A DNA stretch of 48,195 nt from Comamonas sp. lk (GCA_945898115.1 CAMDHS010000001.1:1-48195); one strand, 5' to 3'. Counted from the first letter of the stretch, positions 33,500 through 45,651 are shown. Program-made: numbers and translations. The notes: generated by a model not told the origin, from the sequence alone.

Positions 33500-34513
33500 T
33501 CAGACTTCGTCGTAAACCACTTCAAGCGTAGGCTTGGTGTTTTCGGTCTTGCCGCACATATCAAACTGGGTCGCGGGCTCAAGCACCACGTTGCGGCCAA
33601 CGGCCGAGGCCGAGAACAGGCCCAAGAGCGCGTCTTGCGTCATGGGCTTGGGCCGCACCGGTGTGGAGGTGCCCACGTTTTCTGCCAGCTCGGCAAACAT
33701 CGGACCCCAAACAGAGTCAGGCCGGCCAATGATTTCGTAGCTGGCGCTCTTGCGGCGAATGTCTTCGTTGGCGGGAATGGTGGACAAGACCGGAATGCCC
33801 ACGTGCTCGGCAAAGGCAGCTGCCTCACCGGTGCCGTCGTCGCGGTTGATCACCATGCCAGCCACGCCCACGTTACCGCCGAGCTTGCGGAAATATTCCA
33901 CCGCCGAGCACACGTTGTTAGCCACATACAAAGACTGCAAATCGTTGCTGGCCACCACAATCACTTTTTGGCACATGTCGCGGGCAATCGGCAGGCCAAA
34001 GCCGCCGCAGACCACGTCGCCCAAAAAGTCCAGCAGCACGTAGTCAAAACCCCACTCATGGAAACCGAGTTTCTCCAGAAGCTCAAAGCCGTGGATGATG
34101 CCGCGTCCACCGCAGCCGCGCCCTACTTCGGGGCCGCCAAGTTCCATGGCGTAGACGCCGTCGCGCTTGAAGCACACGTCGCCAATGGCCACGGCTTCAC
34201 CGGCGAGTTTTTTCTTGGACGAGGTCTCAATGATGGTGGGGCAAGCGCGTCCGCCAAACAGCAAGCTGGTGGTGTCGCTCTTGGGGTCGCAACCGATGAG
34301 CAGCACTTTTTTGCCCTGCTGCGCCATCATGTAGCTCAGGTTGGCCAGCGTGAAGCTTTTGCCAATGCCGCCCTTGCCATAGATGGCAATGATCTGGGTC
34401 TCTTTGGTCACAGCACCCGTGGCCACAGGCGCGGGCTCCTGCGCGGCTTCTGTGCGCAGAATGTCGCGCATGAAGTTCAGGGGGGCTGCTGCGGGAATCG
34501 TGCTTGTGCTCAT
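33500..34513 (-). CDS. bchX: Chlorophyllide reductase iron protein subunit X
   Basis: [27 protein letters not shown] and [15 protein letters not shown] overlap with bchC. Confidence 0.97.
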   Translation of the reverse strand: MSTSTIPAAAPLNFMRDILRTEAAQEPAPVATGAVTKETQIIAIYGKGGIGKSFTLANLSYMMAQQGKKVLLIGCDPKSDTTSLLFGGRACPTIIETSSKKKLAGEAVAIGDVCFKRDGVYAMELGGPEVGRGCGGRGIIHGFELLEKLGFHEWGFDYVLLDFLGDVVCGGFGLPIARDMCQKVIVVASNDLQSLYVANNVCSAVEYFRKLGGNVGVAGMVINRDDGTGEAAAFAEHVGIPVLSTIPANEDIRRKSASYEIIGRPDSVWGPMFAELAENVGTSTPVRPKPMTQDALLGLFSASAVGRNVVLEPATQFDMCGKTENTKPTLEVVYDEV

Positions 34514-35448
34514 TGCGTTTGTCTCCAATCCAAAACCATCTTCAAACAATCGGCGTCACCAAAGGCGGTGCGGTAAGCGGCGTCGGCCTGGGTAGCGTCG
34601 TGCTGGTGGGTAATCAAGCCGTCTAGCGAGAGGCGTCCGTCTGCTGCCAGCGCAATCACGTCAAGCAGGTCTTGCGGCGCCCACTGCGCAGCCACGCGAA
34701 TGCGGGCTTCGCGCATAAAGGCTGGTGGAAAAATAAAGGACAGCGGCTCCTCATAAAACCCTGCGAGCACGACTTCGCCGCCAGGCGCCAAGCGGCCAAT
34801 CAATTCGTTGAGCAAGTGGCCTGCGCCGCTGACGTCGCAAATGCACTTGTAGTTGCGACGCGTATCAGTGCTGGGGTCAATCACTTCGTAGCCTTCGGCC
34901 CCGGTGCGCCGAGCGGGGTTGGTTTCCCAGACCACGGGTTTCGCGCCAGCGATTACCGCCAGGCGGGCAATCATCCGTCCGAGCACGCCGTGGCCAACAA
35001 TCAGATCGGGCTGCTGGGTACCGGCGGCGCTGTGCGCGTGGTAGGCGGTAGCCCCCAGCGCAAACAGCACGCCTTGCTCGGCCAGCGACTCTTTGATTTC
35101 CGTGGCGCGGGAAGCAGGCACTACCAAACGCGAGGCCGATCCGCCAAACAGATTGCGTGCGTCGGTAAAGCACTGCGAGCCGGGCACAAACACCCGCGTG
35201 CCAACTTTGAGGCTAGCGGCGTCGCCTGCACGCAGCACGCGGCCCACGGTCTCATATCCGGGCACCAGCGGGTAGCCCATGCCAGGGAATGTGGGCATGG
35301 TGCCGTTCCACAACAGGCGCTCGGTACCGGTGCTGATGCCGGTGTATTCCACTTGCAGCTCTACGTCTGCCGCGCCCAAGTGAGGCAAAGCCAGCGCGCG
35401 CATATCCAGCGACTGCGGGTTTTGGAAAACGATGGCTTGGGCGTGCAT
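34510..35448 (-). CDS. bchC: 3-hydroxyethyl bacteriochlorophyllide a dehydrogenase
   Basis: GISTGTERLLW.G.MP.FPGMGYPLVPGYE, FPPAFMRE and CLKMVLDW. Confidence 0.96.
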   Translation of the reverse strand: MHAQAIVFQNPQSLDMRALALPHLGAADVELQVEYTGISTGTERLLWNGTMPTFPGMGYPLVPGYETVGRVLRAGDAASLKVGTRVFVPGSQCFTDARNLFGGSASRLVVPASRATEIKESLAEQGVLFALGATAYHAHSAAGTQQPDLIVGHGVLGRMIARLAVIAGAKPVVWETNPARRTGAEGYEVIDPSTDTRRNYKCICDVSGAGHLLNELIGRLAPGGEVVLAGFYEEPLSFIFPPAFMREARIRVAAQWAPQDLLDVIALAADGRLSLDGLITHQHDATQADAAYRTAFGDADCLKMVLDWRQTQ

Positions 35449-35470
35449 GGTGGCTATGTGCTGGTGGCGC

Positions 35471-36685
35471 TTAATGAAAGGCAGTGGCCGCAGCCGCAGG
35501 AACGGCCCGGGACTTGCGCCCCACCAAAATCTGGGTTTGCAAAGGCATAGCGTTGGGCACGGTTTCGATGTGGGTAAAACCGGCTTGGGCCATCATGGAC
35601 ATCAGCTCGCTGGCGGTGCGCAGGCGCCCAGCGCCCATGGCCAGCAGGTAAAAATGAAAGTAGGCGTCGCCCAATGGCGTCTCACCCGCTTCTTGCGCCA
35701 TAGGCTCAGCCAGCAGCAAGGTACCGCCCACGGGCAGCGCCGCATAAATGGCCGCCAGCACGGTACGCACGTCGGCGTCCGGGTGGTCGTGCGCGACGCG
35801 GATCAGCGTGACCAGGTCCGCGCCTTCGGGCAGCGGGTCTTGCAAAAAGCTGCCGGCCACTGCCTTGGTTCGGCCCAACAAGCCTTGGCGGGCAAAGTTG
35901 GCGCGTGCCAGCGTAGCCACTTCAGGCAGGTCAAAAAGGGTGAGCGCGAGCTGCGGCGCATGGTGTGCCAAGCGCGACAAGAAGGTGCCTTGACCGCCGC
36001 CCACGTCGAGCACTTCTTGGTGCGCATCAAAGCGGTAGCTCGCCAGTATTTCGTCCACCACGAAGGGCTGCGATGCCGACATCAGGTTGGAATAGCGTGC
36101 GTATTTCTCGGTCTGCAGCGCGTCGGCGGCAGCCTTGGCTTTGTCAGCCTCGTCCAGCGCATAAGGCCAGTACTTCGCCATCTCGCCGACCTGACCTGAG
36201 GCCGCTAGCATGGCCACCGGGTCTTGCATGTCTTGGTAAAGCACAGCGTGATGTTCGATCATGGCGCGGATGCCAGCGTGCCCGGCCACCGGCGCACCCA
36301 AGGGGCCCAGTCCAAAGCGACCCCGGCTTCGCAACTCCAGCAAGCCCAGCGCCAAGGCCGATTGCAGCAAGCGCTGCAGGCCGGCAGCAGGCAGCTGCGT
36401 GGCTTGGGCCAGTTCGTCCAGCGTGCGCGGGCGCTCGGCCACGGTTTCCAAAATGCGCAGGCGCACACAGGCCAGCAAGACCTGCGAATAAACAAAACCG
36501 GCCATCAGGTCAAACACCTTGCGAGCCCGGCTGCGTGTAACCCAGCGCGTGAGCGGGTTGGCTGCGCTCCAGCGGTACAAGGCGTCGCTGGTCATCCAGC
36601 GGTCCACCAGCGCTTCGACGCGGTCACGCCAAGGCGTCTCGCGATCGGATGCGCCGGGTAGGGGGGCCAGGTCCAAGGTTTTCAT
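35471..36685 (-). CDS. crtF: Hydroxycarotenoid O-methyltransferase
   Basis: FDLMAGFVYSQVL, LDVGGGQG, RVAHDH and AYFHFYLLAMGAGR. Confidence 0.94.
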   Translation of the reverse strand: MKTLDLAPLPGASDRETPWRDRVEALVDRWMTSDALYRWSAANPLTRWVTRSRARKVFDLMAGFVYSQVLLACVRLRILETVAERPRTLDELAQATQLPAAGLQRLLQSALALGLLELRSRGRFGLGPLGAPVAGHAGIRAMIEHHAVLYQDMQDPVAMLAASGQVGEMAKYWPYALDEADKAKAAADALQTEKYARYSNLMSASQPFVVDEILASYRFDAHQEVLDVGGGQGTFLSRLAHHAPQLALTLFDLPEVATLARANFARQGLLGRTKAVAGSFLQDPLPEGADLVTLIRVAHDHPDADVRTVLAAIYAALPVGGTLLLAEPMAQEAGETPLGDAYFHFYLLAMGAGRLRTASELMSMMAQAGFTHIETVPNAMPLQTQILVGRKSRAVPAAAATAFH

Positions 36686-36737
36686 GGGGTGGTGTGTACG
36701 CGTTGTTGGGGCAGTGTTCGGGCGGTGCGGGCGGGGC

Positions 36738-37661
36738 TCAGGCAGCGGTGGTCTGGCGCGTGGCGGTTGCAGCGCTTTGGGCTTGGGCCTGCTCGCGGTA
36801 TTGGCTGCAGGCGGCACGCGGTACCAGGCGCTCGGACTCTTTCCACACCAGTGCGCGCATGGCAGCAGCGCTGGAGCCTTCGGGGATGGATTCGGCTGCC
36901 GCTTGGATGAGCGACTCGAAATGCACGATCGCGCCGCCCAGGCCGAGGTCGGCAATGGCGTTGGGGCGGGCGTGCTGCGCGTCTTGGCCCACGGGTTTGC
37001 CCAGCAGCTCGGCCTGGCCCATCACGTCACGGATGTCGTCGGCCACTTGGTAGGCCTCGCCCAGGCAGTCGCCCAGGGCCATCCAGGCTTTGGGGTCGGC
37101 ACCGGCACTCAGGGCGCCGGCGCAGGTAGCGGCCACGAACAGCGAGCCGGTCTTGGCACGCTGGTATTGCATGAGGGAGACGCGGGACTCGGATTCCCAG
37201 GCCTGCCCGGCCACGATGCCGTTGGGCATGCCCACGCTGTCGGCGATGATTTTCATCAGGCCCGGCAAGCGCAGGGGCGACTGGCCCGAAGCGGAGGCCA
37301 AGGTCTGGAAGGCCATCACGATCAGCGCATCACCGGCCAGCACGGCCAGGGGCTGGCCAAAAGCCCAGTGCACCGAAGCGCGGCCCCGGCGGGTGGCGGC
37401 GTCGTCAAAACAGGGAAGGTCGTCGTGCACCAACGAGGCGCAGTGCAGCAGCTCGATGGCTACGGCGGCGGCATCGGTCAGGGCCGGATCGTCTTGGCCG
37501 CAGGCCTGGGCCACTGCCAAGCACAGCTGCGGGCGAATGCGCGCGCCGCCAGGAAACACCGCATGGCGCACCGCCGCCACCAGCTTGGGCGGGCAACCGG
37601 GCTCTTCCACGGCAGCCAATGCCATGGCCAAGGATTGCTCAATGCGGGTGATGGGTTTCAT
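36738..37661 (-). CDS. crtE: Geranylgeranyl diphosphate synthase
   Basis: GGARIRP, HCASLVHDDLPCFDDA..RRG, KTGSLF and YQVADD. Confidence 0.96.
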   Translation of the reverse strand: MKPITRIEQSLAMALAAVEEPGCPPKLVAAVRHAVFPGGARIRPQLCLAVAQACGQDDPALTDAAAVAIELLHCASLVHDDLPCFDDAATRRGRASVHWAFGQPLAVLAGDALIVMAFQTLASASGQSPLRLPGLMKIIADSVGMPNGIVAGQAWESESRVSLMQYQRAKTGSLFVAATCAGALSAGADPKAWMALGDCLGEAYQVADDIRDVMGQAELLGKPVGQDAQHARPNAIADLGLGGAIVHFESLIQAAAESIPEGSSAAAMRALVWKESERLVPRAACSQYREQAQAQSAATATRQTTAA

Positions 37662-37724
37662 GCACAGTCTCCAGGTGTCTTTGTTTACGCTCTTAAGGTG
37701 ACAAGTTGGCTTGTCATGCTTCCG

Positions 37725-37773
37725 TGTAAATAAATGTAGACACTTCCTTGATCCATGTCAACGGGGGTTTACG
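37725..37773. promoter_or_regulatory. PpsR/CrtJ operator pair upstream of crtE
   Basis: Perfect TGT-N12-ACA at 37725-37742 (TGTAAATAAATGTAGACA) and near-consensus TGT-N12-ACG at 37756-37773, in an AT-rich promoter region. Confidence 0.78.
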
Positions 37774-37981
37774 TATTTTTCTTTAACTATTTTTTATGGC
37801 GAAGGTTCGAAGCTGCTGTAGCTATGAGCGAGCGATAAATCAGGCCCTAAACCTAGGGAATACCCCGATGAAAATCTGCGGCCCCAAACCAGAAAAAGCG
37901 TGCATTTGCGCCCGGGTGGCGCAACAAATTGGAGTTTTAAGGGGATGGAAAAGGGCTTGCGCCCAACCGCACAGCCCGGTT

Positions 37982-38881
37982 TCAGGCTGGCACGGCAAGC
38001 ACCAGGGGCGCAATAGCGCCGGGCTGCTCTTCGTGGGCCAGGTGGCCCAGGCCGTCCAAGACCAGCACCGGGCGCGGACTTTGCTGGCGCAGCAGGGCGG
38101 CCACGCGGTAGGCCACTTGGGGCGGCACGATCACGTCTTGCGCGCCCACCACCAGGTTCAGCGGCGTGCCCAAGGCGGGCAGATCGCGCGCCAGGGTGTG
38201 CAAGTCCCAGTGCGCCATCATGGCCAGCGCGGCACCGGCGTGGCCGGGGTTGGCGATGAGTTGGCGGTACAGGGCCTGGCCCTCGCCGTCCAGGCGCGAG
38301 CCAGTGCCGTCGAGCAGCTTTTGCAGCACATCGGCCTGCGCCGCGCGCCAGGAGAACAGCTCAGGCACCAGCGGCGCCTTGGCCAGCAGCTTGGCCATGG
38401 GAGAAAAAAACTGCCCCGCCCAACCGTCCAGCGGCAGCAAAGCGCCATTGACAGACACCAGGCGCTGGGGCGCCAACAGGCCGTCAAGCGCCATGCGACA
38501 AGCCAGCGCGGCACCGGCCGAGTGACCCACCACCGTGGCCGGAGTGATGCTCAGCGTCTGCAACAAGGCCGCCACACCGCGCGCCATGCCGGGCAGCGAA
38601 CACAGTTCGGGCACCGCAGAGGCATCGGGCATGGCGCTAAAGCCGTGGCCAGGCAAATCCAAGGCCAGCACCGCGACTTGCGGCTGCAACAGAGGAATCA
38701 GCTCGCGCCAGGAATGGGTGGACGCGCCGGTGCCGTGCAGCAGCAGCACGGTGGGCGCGTCGGGGTCGGGGTGCGGCGCATGCTGCACATGCCAGCGCAG
38801 GCCTGCGGCCGTCACAAAGCGCGACAAATCGCGGTGCGGCCAGTGGGCGCCGTCGGTGGCAAAGTCAAGGCGTTGGCGCAT
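37982..38881 (-). CDS. bchO: Alpha/beta hydrolase BchO (Mg-chelatase accessory)
   Basis: WPHRDLSRFV, LLHGTGASTHSWR, GHSAG and GHLAHEE. Follows bchD. Confidence 0.92.
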   Translation of the reverse strand: MRQRLDFATDGAHWPHRDLSRFVTAAGLRWHVQHAPHPDPDAPTVLLLHGTGASTHSWRELIPLLQPQVAVLALDLPGHGFSAMPDASAVPELCSLPGMARGVAALLQTLSITPATVVGHSAGAALACRMALDGLLAPQRLVSVNGALLPLDGWAGQFFSPMAKLLAKAPLVPELFSWRAAQADVLQKLLDGTGSRLDGEGQALYRQLIANPGHAGAALAMMAHWDLHTLARDLPALGTPLNLVVGAQDVIVPPQVAYRVAALLRQQSPRPVLVLDGLGHLAHEEQPGAIAPLVLAVPA

Positions 38882-38973
38882 GGGCGTTGCTGGCGGGTCG
38901 GGGCGCTCGGCGGGCGTTCGTTAAGCGGCCGGTGAGTGGTGAACGGACAGTTGGCGTGCGGCTGGTGGGCATG

Positions 38974-39032
38974 GGCGGCTAAATGGCGGCTGAGTGGCGG
39001 CTGAGTGGCGGGTGAATTCCGGCTGAGTGGCG
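38974..39032. repeat. Imperfect 11-bp tandem repeat (consensus GGCGGCTGAGT, about 5 copies)
   Basis: ggcggctaaat ggcggctgagt ggcggctgagt ggcgggtgaat tccggctgagt ggcg in the bchD-bchO spacer. Confidence 0.8.
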
Positions 39033-39037
39033 AATGC

Positions 39038-40888
39038 TTAGCGGCCGCTCACGACGCGCACCGCCTGGGACACAGCCTGCGCCCCGGCGTAGGGCAGCGC
39101 CAGGTACTGTGCACCCATGGTACGGGCAAGCGCCTGCGCGGCCGGGTGTGGCTGCGCAGAGGTGTCCACCAGCAGCGCGGTAATGCCGGCCAGGCGCAGC
39201 GCCGCCGCCGCCGTCTGGCTGTCAAGCGTAGCCTGCGCGCGCCCGGGCGTGCCGTCGCGGGCGATGTTGCCGCGCCCGTCGGTGAGCAGCACCAGGATGG
39301 GGGTTTCGCCCTTGCGCCGGATTTGCTCGGCCAGCGCCAGCGCCGCGTCGATGGCGCTGGCCAGCGGCGTGCCGCCGCCCCCGGGCAAGCTGGCCAGGCT
39401 GCGCTTGGCACGCGCCAGCGAGCGGGTAGGCGGCAGCAGCAGCTCGGCGGCCTTGCCCCGAAAGGCAAGCACCGCCACGCTGTCGCGCCGCACATAGCAA
39501 TCGGCCAGCAGCAGCTCGACCGCGCCCTTGGCCTCGGCCAGGCGGTTCATGGCAGATGAGCCAGAGGCGTCCACCACAAACACCGTGGTGGTCTGGCCGA
39601 GTTGGCGAAAGCGCGCCACATGAAAGTCTTCTTTGCGCACTTGGATGCGCCGGGGTGTGGGGGCCACGCCGCGTTCAGCAGAAGCCGTTTGCCGCAGCTT
39701 TTGCCAGGGCGCGGCGGCACGCAGGGTCTCCAACACATTGAGGCGCTGGCCGGCGCGCGGCTCGCCCTTGCGCGCGCCGATGGGGCGACCGCGCATCGCG
39801 CTGTGCTGCGCCGCGCCCGCGCTGCCCGCGCTCGGGGTTTTGGCGCGCGAGAGCTGAGAGATTTTTAAGGACGCCAGCAGGCCTGCGGGCAGCGCGGCCA
39901 GGGCTGCTTCCAGGATGCGCTCGTCCAAGGTTTGGCTACCGGCGACGGGTTCTTCGCTGTTCTCGTCGGCAGGCGGCTCGGGCTGCTGCACGTCGGGGTC
40001 GGGTGGGGGCGGCTCGGCGGCCTCGGGTTCGGGGGGCGGGGGGGCTTGTGTGTCGGGCGGGGGCGGCTCGGAGCCGTCGTCTGACGCTTTTGCTGGCGCA
40101 TCGTCGGGGGCAGCCTCGGTGTCGCTAGGGGGCGGCAGCCGGGTGGCGCGCGGTGCTAGCACCAACCGGGCGGCCACGGCAATGTGTTCTTCTTCCACCG
40201 CGTCGCAGCCGGCCAGCGCGGCGGCAGCGCGCGCGGCGCGGGCGGCTAGCAAGGGCGCGCGCAGCGAATCAATTCCCAAGGCCTGCGCCGCAGCGCACAG
40301 GGCTTGCAGACCTTCGTCGTCCAACACCACCTGGGGCAGGCGCGCACGGGCTTCCAGCACTTCGGGGGCAGTCCAGTCGGGGCCGTCTTCTTCGGTGGCG
40401 GCGCTGTCAAGCACCAGGCTAAAGGCCATGCGGTCGCGCAAGGCGGGGGGCATTTGTTCGTCCTCGCCTATGCCTTCGTCCAGCGCCACCAGCCCGAGGC
40501 GCGCGGGGTGCTCTGCGGCCAAACCGTCGCGCTGCAGTTGCACGGTTTGGGTGTCTAGCGCGGCACAAAAGCGGGTGGCGGCGGCCGAGCCCATGCGCTC
40601 GGCCATGGCCAACAGCAGCACGCCGCCGTCGGCCTGCGCCAGCAGGCCTTGCAGCACCACGGGCCGGCCGCTTTGCAGGGTGGCGCCCAGGTCCAGGCCG
40701 CCGAGCAAGGCCGTGTCGCTGGTGTTGAGCGGCACCCGGCGCATCGGCGTGCCCGCAGGCAACAAGCCGCGCAACAAGGCCAGCCAGTCGGCGCGCAAGG
40801 CCCCGGCCGGTGCGCGCACAGCCACACCGCCCAGGCCCACCGGGTCTACGGCAAACAGGGCGGCAACGGTGGCGGCTTCACCTTGCAT
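39038..40888 (-). CDS. bchD: Magnesium chelatase subunit D
   Basis: LLGGLDL.ATL, Pro/acidic linker, vWA domain DASGS, AEAKGAVELLL and LTDGRGN. Start approximate. Confidence 0.94.
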   Translation of the reverse strand: MQGEAATVAALFAVDPVGLGGVAVRAPAGALRADWLALLRGLLPAGTPMRRVPLNTSDTALLGGLDLGATLQSGRPVVLQGLLAQADGGVLLLAMAERMGSAAATRFCAALDTQTVQLQRDGLAAEHPARLGLVALDEGIGEDEQMPPALRDRMAFSLVLDSAATEEDGPDWTAPEVLEARARLPQVVLDDEGLQALCAAAQALGIDSLRAPLLAARAARAAAALAGCDAVEEEHIAVAARLVLAPRATRLPPPSDTEAAPDDAPAKASDDGSEPPPPDTQAPPPPEPEAAEPPPPDPDVQQPEPPADENSEEPVAGSQTLDERILEAALAALPAGLLASLKISQLSRAKTPSAGSAGAAQHSAMRGRPIGARKGEPRAGQRLNVLETLRAAAPWQKLRQTASAERGVAPTPRRIQVRKEDFHVARFRQLGQTTTVFVVDASGSSAMNRLAEAKGAVELLLADCYVRRDSVAVLAFRGKAAELLLPPTRSLARAKRSLASLPGGGGTPLASAIDAALALAEQIRRKGETPILVLLTDGRGNIARDGTPGRAQATLDSQTAAAALRLAGITALLVDTSAQPHPAAQALARTMGAQYLALPYAGAQAVSQAVRVVSGR

Positions 40889-41039
40889 GGGCGGGGGGAA
40901 TAGCGGTGCGGGCGCCCAACGCAGCGGGCAACGCTGGCGCAGGTGTTGCAAGGGTCGCAGGGAACAAGGGAAGCATGGCGTGGGCTGATGGCCTGGCGGG
41001 TATGGGCGGAGCTACAACTGGATAACGAATATGCGACGC

Positions 41040-42083
41040 TCAGGCCACGCTGGCCACGGCGGCGGGTGCGAGTTCTTGCAAGGCGCGCTCCACCCGTGTG
41101 CCGGAGCCCGCGTCGTCAAGCGGGTTGCGCCGCAGGCGGTGGCGCAGCGCAGGCGCGGCCACCTGGCGCAGGTGCGACTCTTGCACTGCGGCGTCGCCCT
41201 GCAGCGCGGCATAGGCGCGGGCGGCGCGCACCAGGGTCAGGTCGCCGCGCAGGCCGTCGGTGCCCAGGGCCATGCACAGGCGCGCAGCAAACTCGCGCGC
41301 GCTATCAGGAATATCCACCGCGCCCAGGCGCTTGCGCGCGGCCACGATGCTGCGGCGCACGCGGTCGTCTTCTTTTTTCCACTGCAGGGCAAAGGCGGCG
41401 GGGTCGCGCTCAAAGGCGTCGCGGCGTTTGACCACTTCGACCCGCTGGTCGAGCGCCGCCGGGGTTTTGACCTCGACCGACAGGCCAAAGCGGTCGAGCA
41501 ACTGGGGGCGCAGTTCGCCCTCTTCGGGGTTGCCGCTGCCGATCAGCACAAAGCGCGCCGGGTGGCGCACGCTCAGGCCCTCGCGCTCGACCACGTTTTC
41601 GCCGGACGCCGCCACGTCGATGAGCAAGTCCACCAGGTGGTCTTCGAGCAGGTTGACCTCGTCAATGTACAAATAACCCCGGTTGGCGCGCGCCAGCAGC
41701 CCTGGCTCAAAGGCCTTGACGCCTTGGGACAGCGCGCGCTCTAGGTCGAGCGCGCCCACCACGCGGTCTTCGGTGGCGCCCAGAGGCATGTCCACCACGG
41801 GCACGCTCACCAGGTGGCTGGCCATGGCGCCGGGCTTGACCGCCGCGCGCGCTGCGCAGTCGGGGCAGCTAGCAGCCGCCGGATCGCAGCCGTAGCGGCA
41901 GCCCACCACGGCGCGCATCTTGGGCAGCAAGGCGGCCAGCGCGCGCACGGCGGTGGATTTGCCGGTGCCCCGGTCGCCAAACACCAGCACGCCGCCAATG
42001 CTCGGGTCAATGGCGGTGAGCAAAATAGCCAGCTTCATTTCGTCTTGGCCGACGATGGAAGAGAAGGGAAAAGTCTGTGCCAT
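41040..42083 (-). CDS. bchI: Magnesium chelatase subunit I
   Basis: FPFSSIVGQDEMK, GDRGTGKST, YIDEVNLL and NPEEGELRPQLLDRFG. Confidence 0.97.
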   Translation of the reverse strand: MAQTFPFSSIVGQDEMKLAILLTAIDPSIGGVLVFGDRGTGKSTAVRALAALLPKMRAVVGCRYGCDPAAASCPDCAARAAVKPGAMASHLVSVPVVDMPLGATEDRVVGALDLERALSQGVKAFEPGLLARANRGYLYIDEVNLLEDHLVDLLIDVAASGENVVEREGLSVRHPARFVLIGSGNPEEGELRPQLLDRFGLSVEVKTPAALDQRVEVVKRRDAFERDPAAFALQWKKEDDRVRRSIVAARKRLGAVDIPDSAREFAARLCMALGTDGLRGDLTLVRAARAYAALQGDAAVQESHLRQVAAPALRHRLRRNPLDDAGSGTRVERALQELAPAAVASVA

Positions 42084-42148
42084 AGCGCTTTCAGGGGAAA
42101 AGATAAACAGGTTCTGGGTCTTGCGGAATAGGGGTGCCGGTCTGCGCC

Positions 42149-44085
<1,937 letters not shown>

Positions 44086-44107
44086 GGGGTTTGATGCGGC
44101 GGTCGCA

Positions 44108-45355
44108 TCAAACCCGGGGGGTGGTCGGCGCAGGGGCGGCGGGCAATTCGCCCGGCTCGGGCTGCAGACCATAGGGCTGCATGAGCTGCCACACATGGAT
44201 GGGCACCATTTTTTTCATGCGCTGGGGCTCTTCGCGGCGCAGGTGGATGATGGTTTCTGCGGCCTTCATCTCGACCCGGGCGCGGGCAAATTCTAGGCCG
44301 CGCGGCCCCACTTTGGGCATCAACCAGCCCACGATGGGGCGCAGCCAATTGGGCATGCGTCGCAGCGGCAGGCCACCGGCGGCGCGCTGCACATTGCCAA
44401 TAAAGCCTTTGACCGCACCGGCACGCTTGCCCGCGCTGCCTGGCGCGCTAAGCTGCACCTCGTCGCCCAGCAAATCGAGCATTTGCTGACCACGCGCATT
44501 GCGCACCAAAAGCCACTGCTGGCCTTCGCCGCCCATATAGCCCACGGTGATGTCGGACAGCACATTGGTGTAGTCCACGCAGCTGCGGCAGGTCATGGGA
44601 AAAAAGTCAGGCCGCAGCTGCGACAAGGGCAGCTGCAAAAACGGAATCTCGCGGCGCCGGCCATCGTCAAAGCGCAGCTCGACGTGGTAGTCGGCCCGAA
44701 ATTCGAGATAAGAAATCGCCTTGGGGTCGTCGTGGGTTTGGCCTGCCACCAGGCCTAAAAATTCGTGGAAGTTTTCGGTGGTCGTGTTGTCCGAGCAGGG
44801 CGTGCCAATGACATAGATCTGCTCAAAGCCCAGCTCTTTTTCAAGCGCGCGCAGGGCGTAGATCTGGCAGGCCACGCCCACCACCGCCAGCCGGGTGATG
44901 CCCTGGGCGCGCGCGGGCTCGAGGAGTGCCAAGAGCGGCGCGTAGCCCATGCGCATGCCCCGGCACTGCGCCATGTCTTGGGCCTGGGTCACCAGCACGG
45001 GCACGGGTTTCCAGCGGTCTTGGGGGTCGGGGGCCATGGCCAGCACGGCTTGGACCTGGCCGGTCTCTAGCAGGCGCTCGGCAATGCGGGTGGTAATGCC
45101 GCTCCACTGCGCGCCCACCGCCGGTTGGCGCAAGGTGGCGCGCAGCGTTTGCAAGTGGGGGCCAAAGTGCAGCTCGTTGGGGCGCTCCGGGTCGCGCGTG
45201 CGGCCATGCACCTGCACCTCTAGCCGGGGATAGTCTGGCTGGATGAACTGGCAGGCGCTGGCGCAGCGCTTGGGCTCGCTGCTGCGCGAGACGCCACAGT
45301 CGGTGCACAGGTCGCGGTGCGGGGCGGGGCCTGCAAGGTTGGGGGGCACGGTCAT
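44108..45355 (-). CDS. bciB: Ferredoxin-dependent 8-vinyl reductase (FrhB-like)
   Basis: LCTDCG..CASACQFI, GAQWSGITT, CQIYALR, GTPCSDN and CRSCVDYTNVLSDITVGYMG, in bch context. Confidence 0.88.
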   Translation of the reverse strand: MTVPPNLAGPAPHRDLCTDCGVSRSSEPKRCASACQFIQPDYPRLEVQVHGRTRDPERPNELHFGPHLQTLRATLRQPAVGAQWSGITTRIAERLLETGQVQAVLAMAPDPQDRWKPVPVLVTQAQDMAQCRGMRMGYAPLLALLEPARAQGITRLAVVGVACQIYALRALEKELGFEQIYVIGTPCSDNTTTENFHEFLGLVAGQTHDDPKAISYLEFRADYHVELRFDDGRRREIPFLQLPLSQLRPDFFPMTCRSCVDYTNVLSDITVGYMGGEGQQWLLVRNARGQQMLDLLGDEVQLSAPGSAGKRAGAVKGFIGNVQRAAGGLPLRRMPNWLRPIVGWLMPKVGPRGLEFARARVEMKAAETIIHLRREEPQRMKKMVPIHVWQLMQPYGLQPEPGELPAAPAPTTPRV

Positions 45356-45394
45356 AGCCGCATACTACCCAATTGGCAGGCCAAAAACGCCAGG

Positions 45395-45412
45395 CGTATT
45401 TTTATTCTGACA
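45395..45412 (-). promoter_or_regulatory. Putative PpsR site upstream of bciB
   Basis: Minus strand reads TGT-CAGAATAAAAAT-ACG (one mismatch). A TGTCA half-site begins 8 bp away at 45421. Confidence 0.5.
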
Positions 45413-45651
45413 AGGGTGTGTGTCATTTCTTGAAGGCTAATCCAGCAAAACGAGTACCGGCAGCGCCTGCCTTGGGCTTTGGTGGGGGCGGAATTTGTTA
45501 GCGCAGCAACCGATCCATCACCTGCTCCATAAACACCAGTTCGCCTGTCGCGTTGCGTTCGGTCATGAAAAATACGTGGCTATCGCTCCGTTCTTTTCTA
45601 CTTAAGCCCTGGCCATGCGGGATAAAGCCTCAGCGAATACAAAAAAGGGGG

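Noticed and set aside
38974-39032. Possible CRISPR array
   Set aside because: Units are 11 bp, contiguous and without spacers; no cas genes in the window.
39960-40140. G-rich low-complexity tract
   Set aside because: It encodes the normal Pro/acidic linker of BchD.
45498-45566. 22-codon minus-strand ORF MTERNATGELVFMEQVMDRLLR downstream of the Abi gene
   Set aside because: Too short and no recognisable family; at most a remnant.
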